Notes: generated from the letters alone by a model not told the origin. Shown: positions 1 through 8,472, counted from the first letter of the stretch. The stretch: DNA of 38,367 nt from Elusimicrobia bacterium RIFOXYA12_FULL_57_11 (GCA_001800275.1 MGVB01000096.1:1-38367), one strand, 5' to 3'. Made by a program: numbers and translations.

Positions 1-2089
1 CGTCATACCCGGCGTGGTACCAGTCGGCTACCCACTCCCAGACATTGCCGGACATATCGCACAGCCCCTGCCTGGTGTTGCCGGCCGGCTTAGAGCACAC
101 CGGCGCCGCCCCGGCGCCGCAGCCGCTTATCACGGACAGGGCGCAGGTGGCCCGGGCGTCCCCCCAGGGATATTTCCAGTCCCGGCCCCCGCTGCGCGCA
201 GCGTACTCCCATTCGGCCTCGCTCGCAAGCCTGCCGCCCGCCCACCGGGAGAAATCTTTTGCGTCTTCCCAGGCCACGCACACGACAGGCAGATTCTTCT
301 GCCCGGCTGGCGGCCAGTCGCAGTCGGGCTCCCGGCAGGCGCCCGCGTCCACGCAGTTTTTATATTGCTCTTTCGTAACAAGTGTCCTGGCCATCTGGAA
401 AGTGGGCACCGTAACCCGGCGCGGCCGGGCGTCCGCCCCCACATCTTTTGCCCCCATGGTGAAGGTCCCGCCCTCTATGGTGACCCACTGTACGGAGGCT
501 TTCCCGGAGGCGCCGCCCGCGCGGGGCACGGCAGGCTTCCTGGTAACCCTGTATATCTTAAGAGGCTCCTCGTTAATAACCGTTTCCAGCTTGTATTTAT
601 TAAAAATACGGGCCTGGCTGTCGTCGTAAACGCGCAGATCGGCCGGGTTCGGGTAGGCATATTCCCGCAGGTCAGCGTAATAGACGCTCCCGCACCCCCC
701 GCTAAAAAGCATATCGTCAGCCGGCCATTCCACGAACCGCCGCCGCCCGCCTATCAGGTGCGCGGCGTTTTCTGATTCCCGGTGTTTCAGCCTCTGCATC
801 AGCATACACGCGTCATCTTCCAGTTTTGCGCCTACACCGGCGAACTCCCTTACGGATGGCAGGAAACTTACGGGCCCGGGCCGCAGCAACTTCTGCAAAG
901 GGAACGCCGCCAATACGAGACCAGCCGACAAAAGCCCCCCGGCCGCAAGCGTGAGAGCCCGGCTCTTTGTGAGCTTTTCAGCCCCCTCCAGGAGGAAGAA
1001 CGCCCCGCACCCGGCAACGATCGCCAGAACCGGGTGCAGGAAAACGGAGTACCTGTAAATCTGGCTGCCGTACCAATGCCCCCCGTAGACCACAACCCAG
1101 GTTACGAACCAGAGCGCCAGGAACTGAACGGTCTCCTTGCGCTGCCTGGCAAACCGGACCAGGAAAGCGAGCCCCGCCGGCAGCAGTAAAAAAAATAACA
1201 CCGGGTATTGCCGGTCCGCGGACAAAAAATGCGGGACAATATTAGTTTGAAGGTTGACCGCCAGATTAGCGGGAGAGATAAGATACTGCCGCCCCAAAGT
1301 CTCGCTTGAAGACCTGACGCCGAACTTTACCAGGAAGCCGGCCAGCCAGACAACTACCGGAACGGAAAATACCGCGAACAGCGGGAAAAATAACTTTTGC
1401 CCGGCCAGCCCGTATCGGCCGCGGCGATAGATCAGGATGAAAAGGGCCGCGAAAGCCAAATTTTCGGCACGGATCTGGGCGGCCCACAGAAGGAGCAGCA
1501 AAGACAGGGCCAGCAATCTGGCGGATCCCAGCTCACCCGCCGCCAGCAGCGCGGTAAGGGCCGCCAGGAAAAAGAAAAGGGAACTGGTGACATCAAGCCC
1601 CATGCCGGAAACGAAAACCTGCCAGGGCAGGAGCGCGAAGACGAGAGCGGACAGAACGGCGATGCCCGTTCTTTTAAACAGGAGAAAGGCCGCGGAGAAC
1701 ACCAGCGGGATGGAAAGGCTGTCGAGCAGCATGGTCAGCCGCGACACGTTCTCGATATCCTGCCCGAACAGGAAGGCGAGGGTCACCAGGAAAGAATGCC
1801 CGCTGGAATGGGTAAAGGCAGAAAAGCGCAGGTGCCGGTAAAAATCCTGGGCGTTATTTACATGTTCCCAGAGCAGGTCCGACAACCCGTAGCGCCCGGC
1901 CATGCCCGCCCGGAGATATAAGCCGAGCAGGAACACCAGGGCGAGGGCGGCCAGGGCTTTCGCGCTGACGCCGGAAAACGCTTTCGTTATTTCCGCGCGG
2001 GATCTGATAGACAGGTAAACAACAAGAGTCAAATGAAGCAGCAGGCACGGCACATACAACATTTGAACGATCCTTATAGCTTCTGCCAT
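1..2089 (-). CDS. Polytopic membrane protein (possibly GT-C/ArnT-PMT-like) fused to a C-terminal FGE-sulfatase (SUMF1 / C-type-lectin fold) domain; the 3' end runs off the window
   Basis: It is absent from the ORF track because it has no stop inside the window. Hand translation of the minus strand in the register of codon 2-4 is open from ATG 2089 down to position 2. An alternative ATG at 2062 has AAGGA about 9 nt upstream. The upstream in-frame stop is at 2186-2188. The first ~430 aa form many hydrophobic helices (MLYVPCLLLHLTLVVYLSI, ALVFALLPWQVFVSGMG, LLLLLWAAQIRAENLAF, LALWFVTWVVVYGG). The C-terminal part carries FGE-domain motifs WVTIEGGTFTMG, VVCVAWEDAKDFSRWAGGRLASEAEWEYAARSG and GNVWEWVADWYHAGYD. 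Confidence 0.75.
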   Translation of the reverse strand, partial: MAEAIRIVQMLYVPCLLLHLTLVVYLSIRSRAEITKAFSGVSAKALAALALVFLLGLYLRAGMAGRYGLSDLLWEHVNNAQDFYRHLRFSAFTHSSGHSFLVTLAFLFGQDIENVSRLTMLLDSLSIPLVFSAAFLLFKRTGIAVLSALVFALLPWQVFVSGMGLDVTSSLFFFLAALTALLAAGELGSARLLALSLLLLLWAAQIRAENLAFAALFILIYRRGRYGLAGQKLFFPLFAVFSVPVVVWLAGFLVKFGVRSSSETLGRQYLISPANLAVNLQTNIVPHFLSADRQYPVLFFLLLPAGLAFLVRFARQRKETVQFLALWFVTWVVVYGGHWYGSQIYRYSVFLHPVLAIVAGCGAFFLLEGAEKLTKSRALTLAAGGLLSAGLVLAAFPLQKLLRPGPVSFLPSVREFAGVGAKLEDDACMLMQRLKHRESENAAHLIGGRRRFVEWPADDMLFSGGCGSVYYADLREYAYPNPADLRVYDDSQARIFNKYKLETVINEEPLKIYRVTRKPAVPRAGGASGKASVQWVTIEGGTFTMGAKDVGADARPRRVTVPTFQMARTLVTKEQYKNCVDAGACREPDCDWPPAGQKNLPVVCVAWEDAKDFSRWAGGRLASEAEWEYAARSGGRDWKYPWGDARATCALSVISGCGAGAAPVCSKPAGNTRQGLCDMSGNVWEWVADWYHAGYD

Positions 2090-2282
2090 TAGCCTGCCTT
2101 TAACTGCCAAAAACCACGCGGCGCGTATCCATCTGGAACTATAATACAAAAAAGGCGGCAGCGGCCCCCATTGCACCGCATAGGCCTAAAAGCCTGCAAG
2201 GCATTACCCTTTGGGGACTTGCGCCTGCCAGCCGGCGATGTATAATATAAGACAGTACCGTGCCGCCGTTTACAGGTAACAT

Positions 2283-3719
2283 ATGCAAACGAATTTTAAA
2301 AAATTGTGGTTGGTCCCGGCAATTATCCTTTCTGTTTTCTCCCCGGCGCGGGCGCTGTCCGCCGTTGATGCGCTGACGGCCAAAGCCGGCGGCTTTGAAT
2401 TTCATATGCCCGCGCCGCCCGAAGGCCGGCTGGCCAATTCGCCCTTAAGCCCGGTCCGAACCGAATGGCTGAACGCCGCAAGAAAGTATTCGGACTGGAA
2501 TTTCATCCCCCCGCCGCAGCGCCGCGTTGACACCAACGGCAGCAAGCTGGTAATGCTGCAGGGCTTCCACTGGCACGCCGACAGCTACTGGTACCACCCG
2601 CCCAACGGCTGGTGGGGCGTAGTGGCGGAGAAGGCGGCGGAAATAGGCCGGGCCGGTTTCGACCTGGTCTGGCTGCCGCCCGTTTCCAGAGGGAGTTATT
2701 ACCCCACGGAGTGGTACAACCTGGACTCGCAGTGGGGCACCAAGGCGAACCTTCTTAAAGCGGTGGGCGCGCTTCACGCTTCAGCAGTAAAAGTGGTGGC
2801 GGACGTGGTGATAAATCACCGCAACGGTACCAGGGATTGGGCGGACTTCACCAGCCCGGACTGGCCCACCACGGTTATCGCGCGCAATGACGAATGGCCG
2901 GGCAGCCCCAAAAGCCAGTATGACGACGAGGGCCAGGGCGAGGTGGGCTGCCGGGACCTGGACCACCGCAGCCGCGTGGTGCAGGACGAGACAAAGATAT
3001 TCCTGCGCTGGCTGAAGAACGACATAGGTTTTGACGGCTGGCGCTATGACATGGTGAAAGGCTATCCGGCGCATTACACGCAGCTTTATAACGAGGCCTC
3101 CAGCCCCATCTTCTCGGTGGGGGAATTTTACGACGGCAACCGCCAGCTTATAGCCGACTGGATAGACGGCACGGACAATTCTTCCTCCAAGACCAACGCC
3201 TCAACGGCCTTCGACTTCACCACGCGTTACGCCATTATAGCGGCGGTGGAGTCCGAGCGCTACGAAGGCCTTAACGACAATGGCCGCCCCTCCGGCCTTA
3301 TAGGCTGGTGGCCCGCCAAATCCGTCACTTATGTGGAAAGCCACGACACCTCCCCGCGCGATCCCGAATTCCTTAAAACCGCGCCGGCGGAATACAAAGC
3401 GCAGCGCCTCATGGGCTATGCCTACATCCTCACCCATCCCGGCATACCGTGCGTTTTCTGGCCGCATTACTTCGACTGGGGCCAGGCCTATAAACACAGC
3501 CTGCAAACGCTGGTAAATATAAGGAAAACGGCCGGCATAACCTCCACCAGCCGCATGGGGATACTGGCGGCAAATAACGAGCTTTACGCCGCGGTGATAG
3601 ACGGCGACAGTCAGCGAGTAATACTAAAGCTCGGCCGCAACGGCAGTTGGCAGCCCGGCGCCGGCTGGACACTGGCGACCAGCGGCGAACGCTACGCCGT
3701 ATGGACACAGCAGCGTTAA
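2283..3719 (+). CDS. Secreted alpha-amylase, glycoside hydrolase family 13
   Basis: The 478-aa ORF has an N-terminal signal peptide (KKLWLVPAIILSVFSPARALSA). GH13 conserved regions are present: VADVVINHRNG, GWRYDMVKGY, FSVGEFYD and YVESHDT. A C-terminal beta-sandwich-like tail follows. Confidence 0.92.
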   Translation: MQTNFKKLWLVPAIILSVFSPARALSAVDALTAKAGGFEFHMPAPPEGRLANSPLSPVRTEWLNAARKYSDWNFIPPPQRRVDTNGSKLVMLQGFHWHADSYWYHPPNGWWGVVAEKAAEIGRAGFDLVWLPPVSRGSYYPTEWYNLDSQWGTKANLLKAVGALHASAVKVVADVVINHRNGTRDWADFTSPDWPTTVIARNDEWPGSPKSQYDDEGQGEVGCRDLDHRSRVVQDETKIFLRWLKNDIGFDGWRYDMVKGYPAHYTQLYNEASSPIFSVGEFYDGNRQLIADWIDGTDNSSSKTNASTAFDFTTRYAIIAAVESERYEGLNDNGRPSGLIGWWPAKSVTYVESHDTSPRDPEFLKTAPAEYKAQRLMGYAYILTHPGIPCVFWPHYFDWGQAYKHSLQTLVNIRKTAGITSTSRMGILAANNELYAAVIDGDSQRVILKLGRNGSWQPGAGWTLATSGERYAVWTQQR

Positions 3720-3765
3720 ACGAGCATTCGATCTTACAATAAAACTTGAACGCAGGGCACTGGCT

Positions 3766-3790
3766 CCCCGCCGGGAACGGCGGGGTTTTT
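3766..3790 (+). terminator. Rho-independent terminator after the amylase gene
   Basis: Perfect 8-bp GC stem CCCCGCCG (3766-3773) / CGGCGGGG (3778-3785) with a GGAA tetraloop, followed by TTTTT (3786-3790). Confidence 0.65.
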
Positions 3791-3797
3791 ATTTGTT

Positions 3798-4760
3798 TTA
3801 CTGGGCCGGCAGAGCGGCCGCCGGCGCCGAGCTGCCCGCCGCCTCGGCGGCGGGCACGGGCGTGGGAGGATGCACGATGTACCAGATATAATTTGCCAGG
3901 TCTTTATGCTCTGGTTTCAGTTTTTCCGGGCACTGCGCCGCGGTTGCGGTGTAAAAAGACGCCTGGCGCACGCCCTTCATACGCCCCTTAACGGAAGCCG
4001 GGATGGCCGCGTTATAAATTATATGCCCGTTGCCGGCCACCACCAGCGCGGCATACCCCGGGTTGGCGTTCAGGAAATCGGCAAGCTTCGCGCCCATCCC
4101 CTCGTTCCAGGCCGCCATTGAGGCGGTATAATTTTCCAAGGTGAAGATTTTCGCCATCGGAGTATCCCCATGGCCGGCGAAGGACTGTTGAAGGAACGCA
4201 TTGTATTTTTTGTGCGCGGTTATCTCCACTTTTTCCGGCAAGAAAGCCTTTTCCTCCTGCGAGAGACTCCCCAGCCCCGTCCGGGCGATCTTCCCCACCA
4301 CCACCCGTGGAACGTTCAGCGCCAGCGCCCTGAGCTTGTTGGCAACAATAAAGTCGAACAGGGGCCTATACATGGCAAAATCGAAACCCCATTCTTTTTT
4401 CCAGTCCGCCTTCGCGAGAAATTCAACTTCCTTTATTTTCCCTGCGACGTAATCGTCCAGCACCGGCTGCAGGGACTGGTTCAGCATCTCAAAACCCACC
4501 GCTATCCTGCTGCCGCGCGCTATACGCATGGCTTTCAGCGCCTCCAGCTGCGCCAGGTGGTCCAGGGGCTGGTCGTGCGTTTCACCCACATACACAATGT
4601 CGCTTTTCCAGACAACAGCTTTAAAGGCGGCTTCACCGGAGAACGACTTGCCGGACTGCGCGCCGAAAACACAGAACCCGGGACCGGCGCCCTGCCCTGC
4701 GGGCTCGGCCGCAAGGCGCAGGGGCGCGAAAAAAACGGTTAACAACACGAGTGTTTTCAT
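3798..4760 (-). CDS. ChaN-family (DUF399, Tiki/ChaN superfamily) haem-binding-type secreted protein or lipoprotein
   Basis: The ORF track gives 3798..4805, which starts on GTG. I prefer ATG 4760 (MKTLVLLTVFFAPLRLAAEP, a signal peptide). The motif VYVGETHDQPLDHLAQLEALKAM is typical of ChaN/Cofac_haem_bdg proteins. A TATAAT lies 7 nt upstream of ATG 4760, so the mRNA may be leaderless. Confidence 0.8.
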   Translation of the reverse strand: MKTLVLLTVFFAPLRLAAEPAGQGAGPGFCVFGAQSGKSFSGEAAFKAVVWKSDIVYVGETHDQPLDHLAQLEALKAMRIARGSRIAVGFEMLNQSLQPVLDDYVAGKIKEVEFLAKADWKKEWGFDFAMYRPLFDFIVANKLRALALNVPRVVVGKIARTGLGSLSQEEKAFLPEKVEITAHKKYNAFLQQSFAGHGDTPMAKIFTLENYTASMAAWNEGMGAKLADFLNANPGYAALVVAGNGHIIYNAAIPASVKGRMKGVRQASFYTATAAQCPEKLKPEHKDLANYIWYIVHPPTPVPAAEAAGSSAPAAALPAQ

Positions 4761-4828
4761 ACAGGCCATTATAGTATATTTGCAAAACCCCGTCGTACAC
4801 GCCACGCGGGCGGTTTTTTAAAGATTTT

Positions 4829-5653
4829 TTACTGCGCGTCCTGCAAAGACAGAGCGCACCGGAAACCTATGCTGTCCAGGCCATAATTACCACCCAGGTA
4901 CCCGCCGCTGCGGCCGGCGGGGCGCAGGTCGTCATGCACAAAATCCCACATCCCGCCGCGCAGACTGCGGTGGATGCCCTCCTCCGGCCCCCGGGGATTG
5001 ATCCGCGGGCTGTCCTTGTAATAGTCCTCCGCGTACCAATCCGCCACCCACTCCCAGACAGCCCCGGGCATGTCGTACAATCCATACTGGTTGGGTTTTT
5101 TCTGGCCCACGGGATGCCCCTCAAGCCTGCCGGAACGGTCTACGCACCAGGCGTATTCCCCCAGGATATCCCAGCTGTCGCAAGATAAAAATTTTCTTTT
5201 GGCGGCATGATCGCCGAAGCTGTAGGTAGTATCCGCGCCGCCGCGGGCGGCTTTTTCCCATTCGGCCTCGGTCGGCAGCCGGGTTCCCGCCCATTTACAA
5301 TAGGCGTCGGCGCCCTCCCAATCAAGATTAACGACCGGGTGCAGGTCCGTGCTCCATTGCGGCTGTTTCGGCATGGGCTCCCCTGCCGCCTCGCAGAATA
5401 ATTTATATTTCCCCGCGGTAACCGGGTATTTGTCTATGTAAAAAGCGTCAAGATGCACCCTGTGCCGGGGATACTCGTCCTGGGCGCCTTCCCCCTCCGG
5501 TGAGCCCATCCAGAAACTTCCCGCCGCGATCAGGACCATATCCGGAGGGGGCTGCGTCGTGCCGGGCCCGGAGGCGGCACCTATACCAGCGCCGCAGCGT
5601 GAGCAGAACCTGGCGTCCTCCGGGGCAGCGTTTCCGCAACAGGAGCAATTCAT
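4829..5653 (-). CDS. Zinc-ribbon plus FGE-sulfatase (SUMF1 / C-type-lectin fold) domain protein
   Basis: The N-terminus MNCSCCGNAAPEDARFCSRCGA has a CxxC...CxxC zinc-ribbon pattern. FGE-domain motifs are MVLIAAGSFWMGS, VNLDWEGADAYCKWAGTRLPTEAEWEKAARGG, GAVWEWVADWY and SIGFRCAL. Confidence 0.88.
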   Translation of the reverse strand: MNCSCCGNAAPEDARFCSRCGAGIGAASGPGTTQPPPDMVLIAAGSFWMGSPEGEGAQDEYPRHRVHLDAFYIDKYPVTAGKYKLFCEAAGEPMPKQPQWSTDLHPVVNLDWEGADAYCKWAGTRLPTEAEWEKAARGGADTTYSFGDHAAKRKFLSCDSWDILGEYAWCVDRSGRLEGHPVGQKKPNQYGLYDMPGAVWEWVADWYAEDYYKDSPRINPRGPEEGIHRSLRGGMWDFVHDDLRPAGRSGGYLGGNYGLDSIGFRCALSLQDAQ

Positions 5654-5723
5654 GGTTTTAAAATTGTATTAAATTCCCGCTCAAAAAAATAAACACCGTG
5701 TCGCGCGGGTGCCGGGAGCGGAA

Positions 5724-6602
5724 CTAAACCCAGACCTCGCTCTTCAGCCCGCCCTGCAGGCCCACCACCACGTTCTTCACCGGAACTTTGCGCCTGGCGG
5801 CCGCCGCGGCCTGTTTGACCATGGCAAGCAGCCCGCCGCAGCAGGGCACCTCCATGGTAACCACGGTCAGCGTGTTTATTTTGGCGTCTTCTATCAGCGC
5901 CTGTATTTTTTCCGCGTAGATCTCCTGCCCGTCGTCCAGCTTGGGACAGGCTATCACGATGGCCTTATCTTTTATGAATTCATTGTGAAAATTCCCGCAG
6001 GCAAAGGCGGTGCAGTCGGCCGCCACCACCAGGTCGGCCTTCTGGAAGCAGGGCGCCATGGGCGAGACCAGGTGCAGCTGCACCGGCCACTGCCGCAGGC
6101 GGGATTTGGCAGCGGGGCTGTCACCGTCTTCCTCCGGCGCGGCGCCCCGCAGGTCCAGCGTCCGGCCGCCTGGGCAGCCGCAGGGCTCGTGGCCGCCGTG
6201 CGCGTGTTTATGGTCTTTGTCGCGGGACAGAGTTTTTTCCTCCTCCATCGGGTTCGGCAGCTTGCGCTCTTTCAGATAATCAAAAGCCTGCTTTAAAAAC
6301 GCTTTCTGGGAGTGGTCCTTAAGATGTTTAAGGTGGGCCTTCACGGTATTTGGCCCCAGCTTCACCATCCCCTCCATCACCTTCACCTCGTCATAAGGTT
6401 CGGCGGCGCGCGTTTCTATCTTGATCGCTCCCTGCGGACATTCGCCTATGCAGGCGCCAAGCCCGTCGCACAGCAGGTCGCTTATCAGGCGGGCTTTGCC
6501 GTCTATCATCTGCAGCGCGCCCTCGTGGCAGCCGGTCACGCAGTTGCCGCAGCCGTCGCATTTTTTTTCGTCGATTTTTATTATCTGTCTTTTAGTTTTC
6601 AT
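5724..6602 (-). CDS. 4Fe-4S dicluster-domain protein with a His-rich linker and a Cys-rich C-terminal domain (widespread uncharacterised family)
   Basis: It carries CDGCGNCVTGC (CxxCxxCxxxC) and CDGLGACIGECP near the N-terminus. The central segment is KDKDHKHAHGGHEPCGCPGG. C-terminal Cys motifs are ADCTAFACGNF, IACPKLDD and EVPCCGG. It starts 15 nt downstream of the Rrf2 gene stop. Confidence 0.85.
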   Translation of the reverse strand: MKTKRQIIKIDEKKCDGCGNCVTGCHEGALQMIDGKARLISDLLCDGLGACIGECPQGAIKIETRAAEPYDEVKVMEGMVKLGPNTVKAHLKHLKDHSQKAFLKQAFDYLKERKLPNPMEEEKTLSRDKDHKHAHGGHEPCGCPGGRTLDLRGAAPEEDGDSPAAKSRLRQWPVQLHLVSPMAPCFQKADLVVAADCTAFACGNFHNEFIKDKAIVIACPKLDDGQEIYAEKIQALIEDAKINTLTVVTMEVPCCGGLLAMVKQAAAAARRKVPVKNVVVGLQGGLKSEVWV

Positions 6603-6617
6603 GGCTACCTTAAACCG

Positions 6618-7013
6618 CTAGAGCAGGTCTTTGATGGTTATATTTTCCATCTCTGCCGCCAGCCGGACCTCAACTTCGCTTATCCTGCGGTGCAGCCGGC
6701 AGGTGCCGTGGTGCTGGCACAGCTTCCCGCGGAAGAAACAGTCATTAAGGCTCAAAGGCCCCTGCAGCGCCGTTACCAGGTGACTCAGCCGTATGCTTTC
6801 CGGAGCGCGGGCCGGGGAAAACCCGCCCCCCTTGCCTTTTACGGCCCGCAATATCCCCGCCTTATGAAGTTTTTGCAGTATTTTGCGCAGGAATGGCCGG
6901 TTTACCCCCACCCCCGCCTGCATTTGCGCAACAGAAACCTTGGGTTTGTTGGCTTTTGCCATCAGCACCAGCGCGCGCACGGCATAATCTGTTTCACGGC
7001 TCAATAATTTCAT
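6618..7013 (-). CDS. Rrf2-family transcriptional regulator (IscR/NsrR-like, three-Cys cluster site)
   Basis: The N-terminal wHTH signature MKLLSRETDYAVRALVLMA is present. The Cys triad is CFFRGKLCQHHGTC. The length of 131 aa is typical of the family. Confidence 0.92.
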   Translation of the reverse strand: MKLLSRETDYAVRALVLMAKANKPKVSVAQMQAGVGVNRPFLRKILQKLHKAGILRAVKGKGGGFSPARAPESIRLSHLVTALQGPLSLNDCFFRGKLCQHHGTCRLHRRISEVEVRLAAEMENITIKDLL

Positions 7014-7136
7014 TATTCTTAATGATACCTCGTTTGTATTATTATATCAACAGGGTTTTTGCGGTGGACAGACCCGGGCCGCTTTGTTCCATCCCGCCTT
7101 TTTTGTAGAATTAAAGCTGTTCCAGGGAGGCTTATC

Positions 7137-8255
7137 ATGAAACTTTTCATTTTTTTTCTTATTTTAACGCTGGCCCCCGTCAGCGGCAGGGCGGACACTT
7201 TTTTTCTCAAGGACGGCGCCAGGCTTGAAGGCGAAGTTACGGGTGAAATGAACGGCACGGTGCTGGTAAAGACCCAGTACGGCTCGCTCACTATAAACAG
7301 GTCGGACATTGTTGAACAGAAAGCCGCCGAAGAGCAATCCGCCACAGCGCAGCCGCCCGCGGCCTTGCCCGAACCCGCGGCCGGGATAGCAGCATCCACA
7401 GAACCGGCGCAGCTGCCACTGCCAGAGCCGGCGGCCGAGGCCCAGGCCTCCACGTCCGCTGCTCTGCCAGCCCCGCAAGGGGAAGCCGTTCCGCTCACCT
7501 TCTCCACCGTACTGCCGGAAACCGGTAACCGCCTGCTGTTATACTCCGAAGGCGGCGTGATCACCGCCACCGAAACTTTTGACGCAGCCGGCGCCCTGGT
7601 TTCGCTTGAAGGCATTTTAAAGAACGGCACGTATTCTGAATATTATCCCGAGGGCGGCCTGAAAGCGGTAAAAACCCTCGTAAACGGTAAAATGAGCGGC
7701 TCGCTGAAGACCTATTATCCCTCCGGCACGCTGCAGGTGGAGGCTTATTACCTTGACGGCGCCAAGGAAGGCGACTTTAAATACTTCGGGGAAAACGGGA
7801 AACCTTTAATGGCTGCCGCCTATAAGAATAACCTGCTGAACGGCTGGAAACGGGAATATAACCCGGACGGCACGCTTAAAAACGAGGCTTTTTACGCGGA
7901 CGACCGCGCGGTGGACCCGCCCCAGGCGAAGCCCGAAGCCGCCCCCTTGCAGGAACAAGCCTCCCTTGTGACCGTCAAGGCCAAAAAGGTGGCGCGCGGC
8001 GAAATACTGACTTTCAGCCTGAATGATAAATACATAGGGAAACTCAGCCTGGACAAAGAATTCAATATCATCAGCCAGGCGGGCAAGGTGTCCGACGGCC
8101 CGGTAAAGATATACAACAAAGACGGCAAACTGCAAAAAGAAATAATTTTCAAACAGAACGAGGTAAAAATTTTACGGGTATACGAAGAGGACGGCGCCCT
8201 CAGGGCGGCGTACACCTTCCGCGAAGGCAAAGCCACCGAATTTGCCCTGAAGTAG
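7137..8255 (+). CDS. Secreted MORN-variant (YwqK-like) repeat protein with an Ala/Pro-rich linker
   Basis: The track ORF starts at 7059. I prefer ATG 7137, which is preceded by GGGAGG and followed by the signal peptide MKLFIFFLILTLAPVSGRAD. Repeats of the form YYPEGGLKAVKTLVNGKMSGSLKTYYPSGTLQVEAYYLDGAKEGDFKYF and NGWKREYNPDGTLKNEAFY match the MORN_2 pattern. Confidence 0.8.
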   Translation: MKLFIFFLILTLAPVSGRADTFFLKDGARLEGEVTGEMNGTVLVKTQYGSLTINRSDIVEQKAAEEQSATAQPPAALPEPAAGIAASTEPAQLPLPEPAAEAQASTSAALPAPQGEAVPLTFSTVLPETGNRLLLYSEGGVITATETFDAAGALVSLEGILKNGTYSEYYPEGGLKAVKTLVNGKMSGSLKTYYPSGTLQVEAYYLDGAKEGDFKYFGENGKPLMAAAYKNNLLNGWKREYNPDGTLKNEAFYADDRAVDPPQAKPEAAPLQEQASLVTVKAKKVARGEILTFSLNDKYIGKLSLDKEFNIISQAGKVSDGPVKIYNKDGKLQKEIIFKQNEVKILRVYEEDGALRAAYTFREGKATEFALK

Positions 8256-8286
8256 ATAAACCCCGGGCTGCCGGCATAAATAAAAA

Positions 8287-8314
8287 GACGTCCGCACAAC
8301 ACGGACGTCTTTTT
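8287..8314. terminator. Bidirectional rho-independent terminator
   Basis: AAAAA is followed by GACGTCCG (8287-8294), the loop CACAACA, CGGACGTC (8302-8309) and TTTTT (8310-8314). It sits between the convergent MORN gene and the tRNA. Confidence 0.65.
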
Positions 8315-8321
8315 AAATTAC

Positions 8322-8395
8322 TGGGCCCGGAAGGACTTGAACCTTCGACCCAACGATTATGAGTCGTTTGCTCTAACCAACTGAGCTACGGGCCC
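8322..8395 (-). tRNA. tRNA with CAU anticodon (elongator Met or lysidine-modified Ile2; not an initiator)
   Basis: The hand-folded 74-nt cloverleaf reads GGGCCCG TA GCTC AGTTGGTTA GAGC A AACGA CTCATAA TCGTT GGGTC GAAGG TTCAAGT CCTTC CGGGCCC A. It has a 1:72 G-C pair and no GGG/CCC anticodon stem, which argues against an initiator. The T-loop TTCAAGT resembles E. coli tRNA-Ile2. CCA is not encoded. Confidence 0.93.
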
Positions 8396-8472
8396 GAAAA
8401 CGGTTAAACGCTTACCCCGGGAACTATTTTATCACTTTTCCGGCGCCATTGCCACAGCGGGCACCCCAGTCC

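Noticed and set aside
1-130. Nucleotide similarity between 1-60 and about 5035-5095, considered as a possible DGR template/variable repeat pair.
   Set aside because: The similarity is limited to the codons of the conserved VWEWVADWY motif. Mismatches are scattered over all four bases, and the flanks do not align. This is ordinary paralog conservation, not a TR/VR pair.
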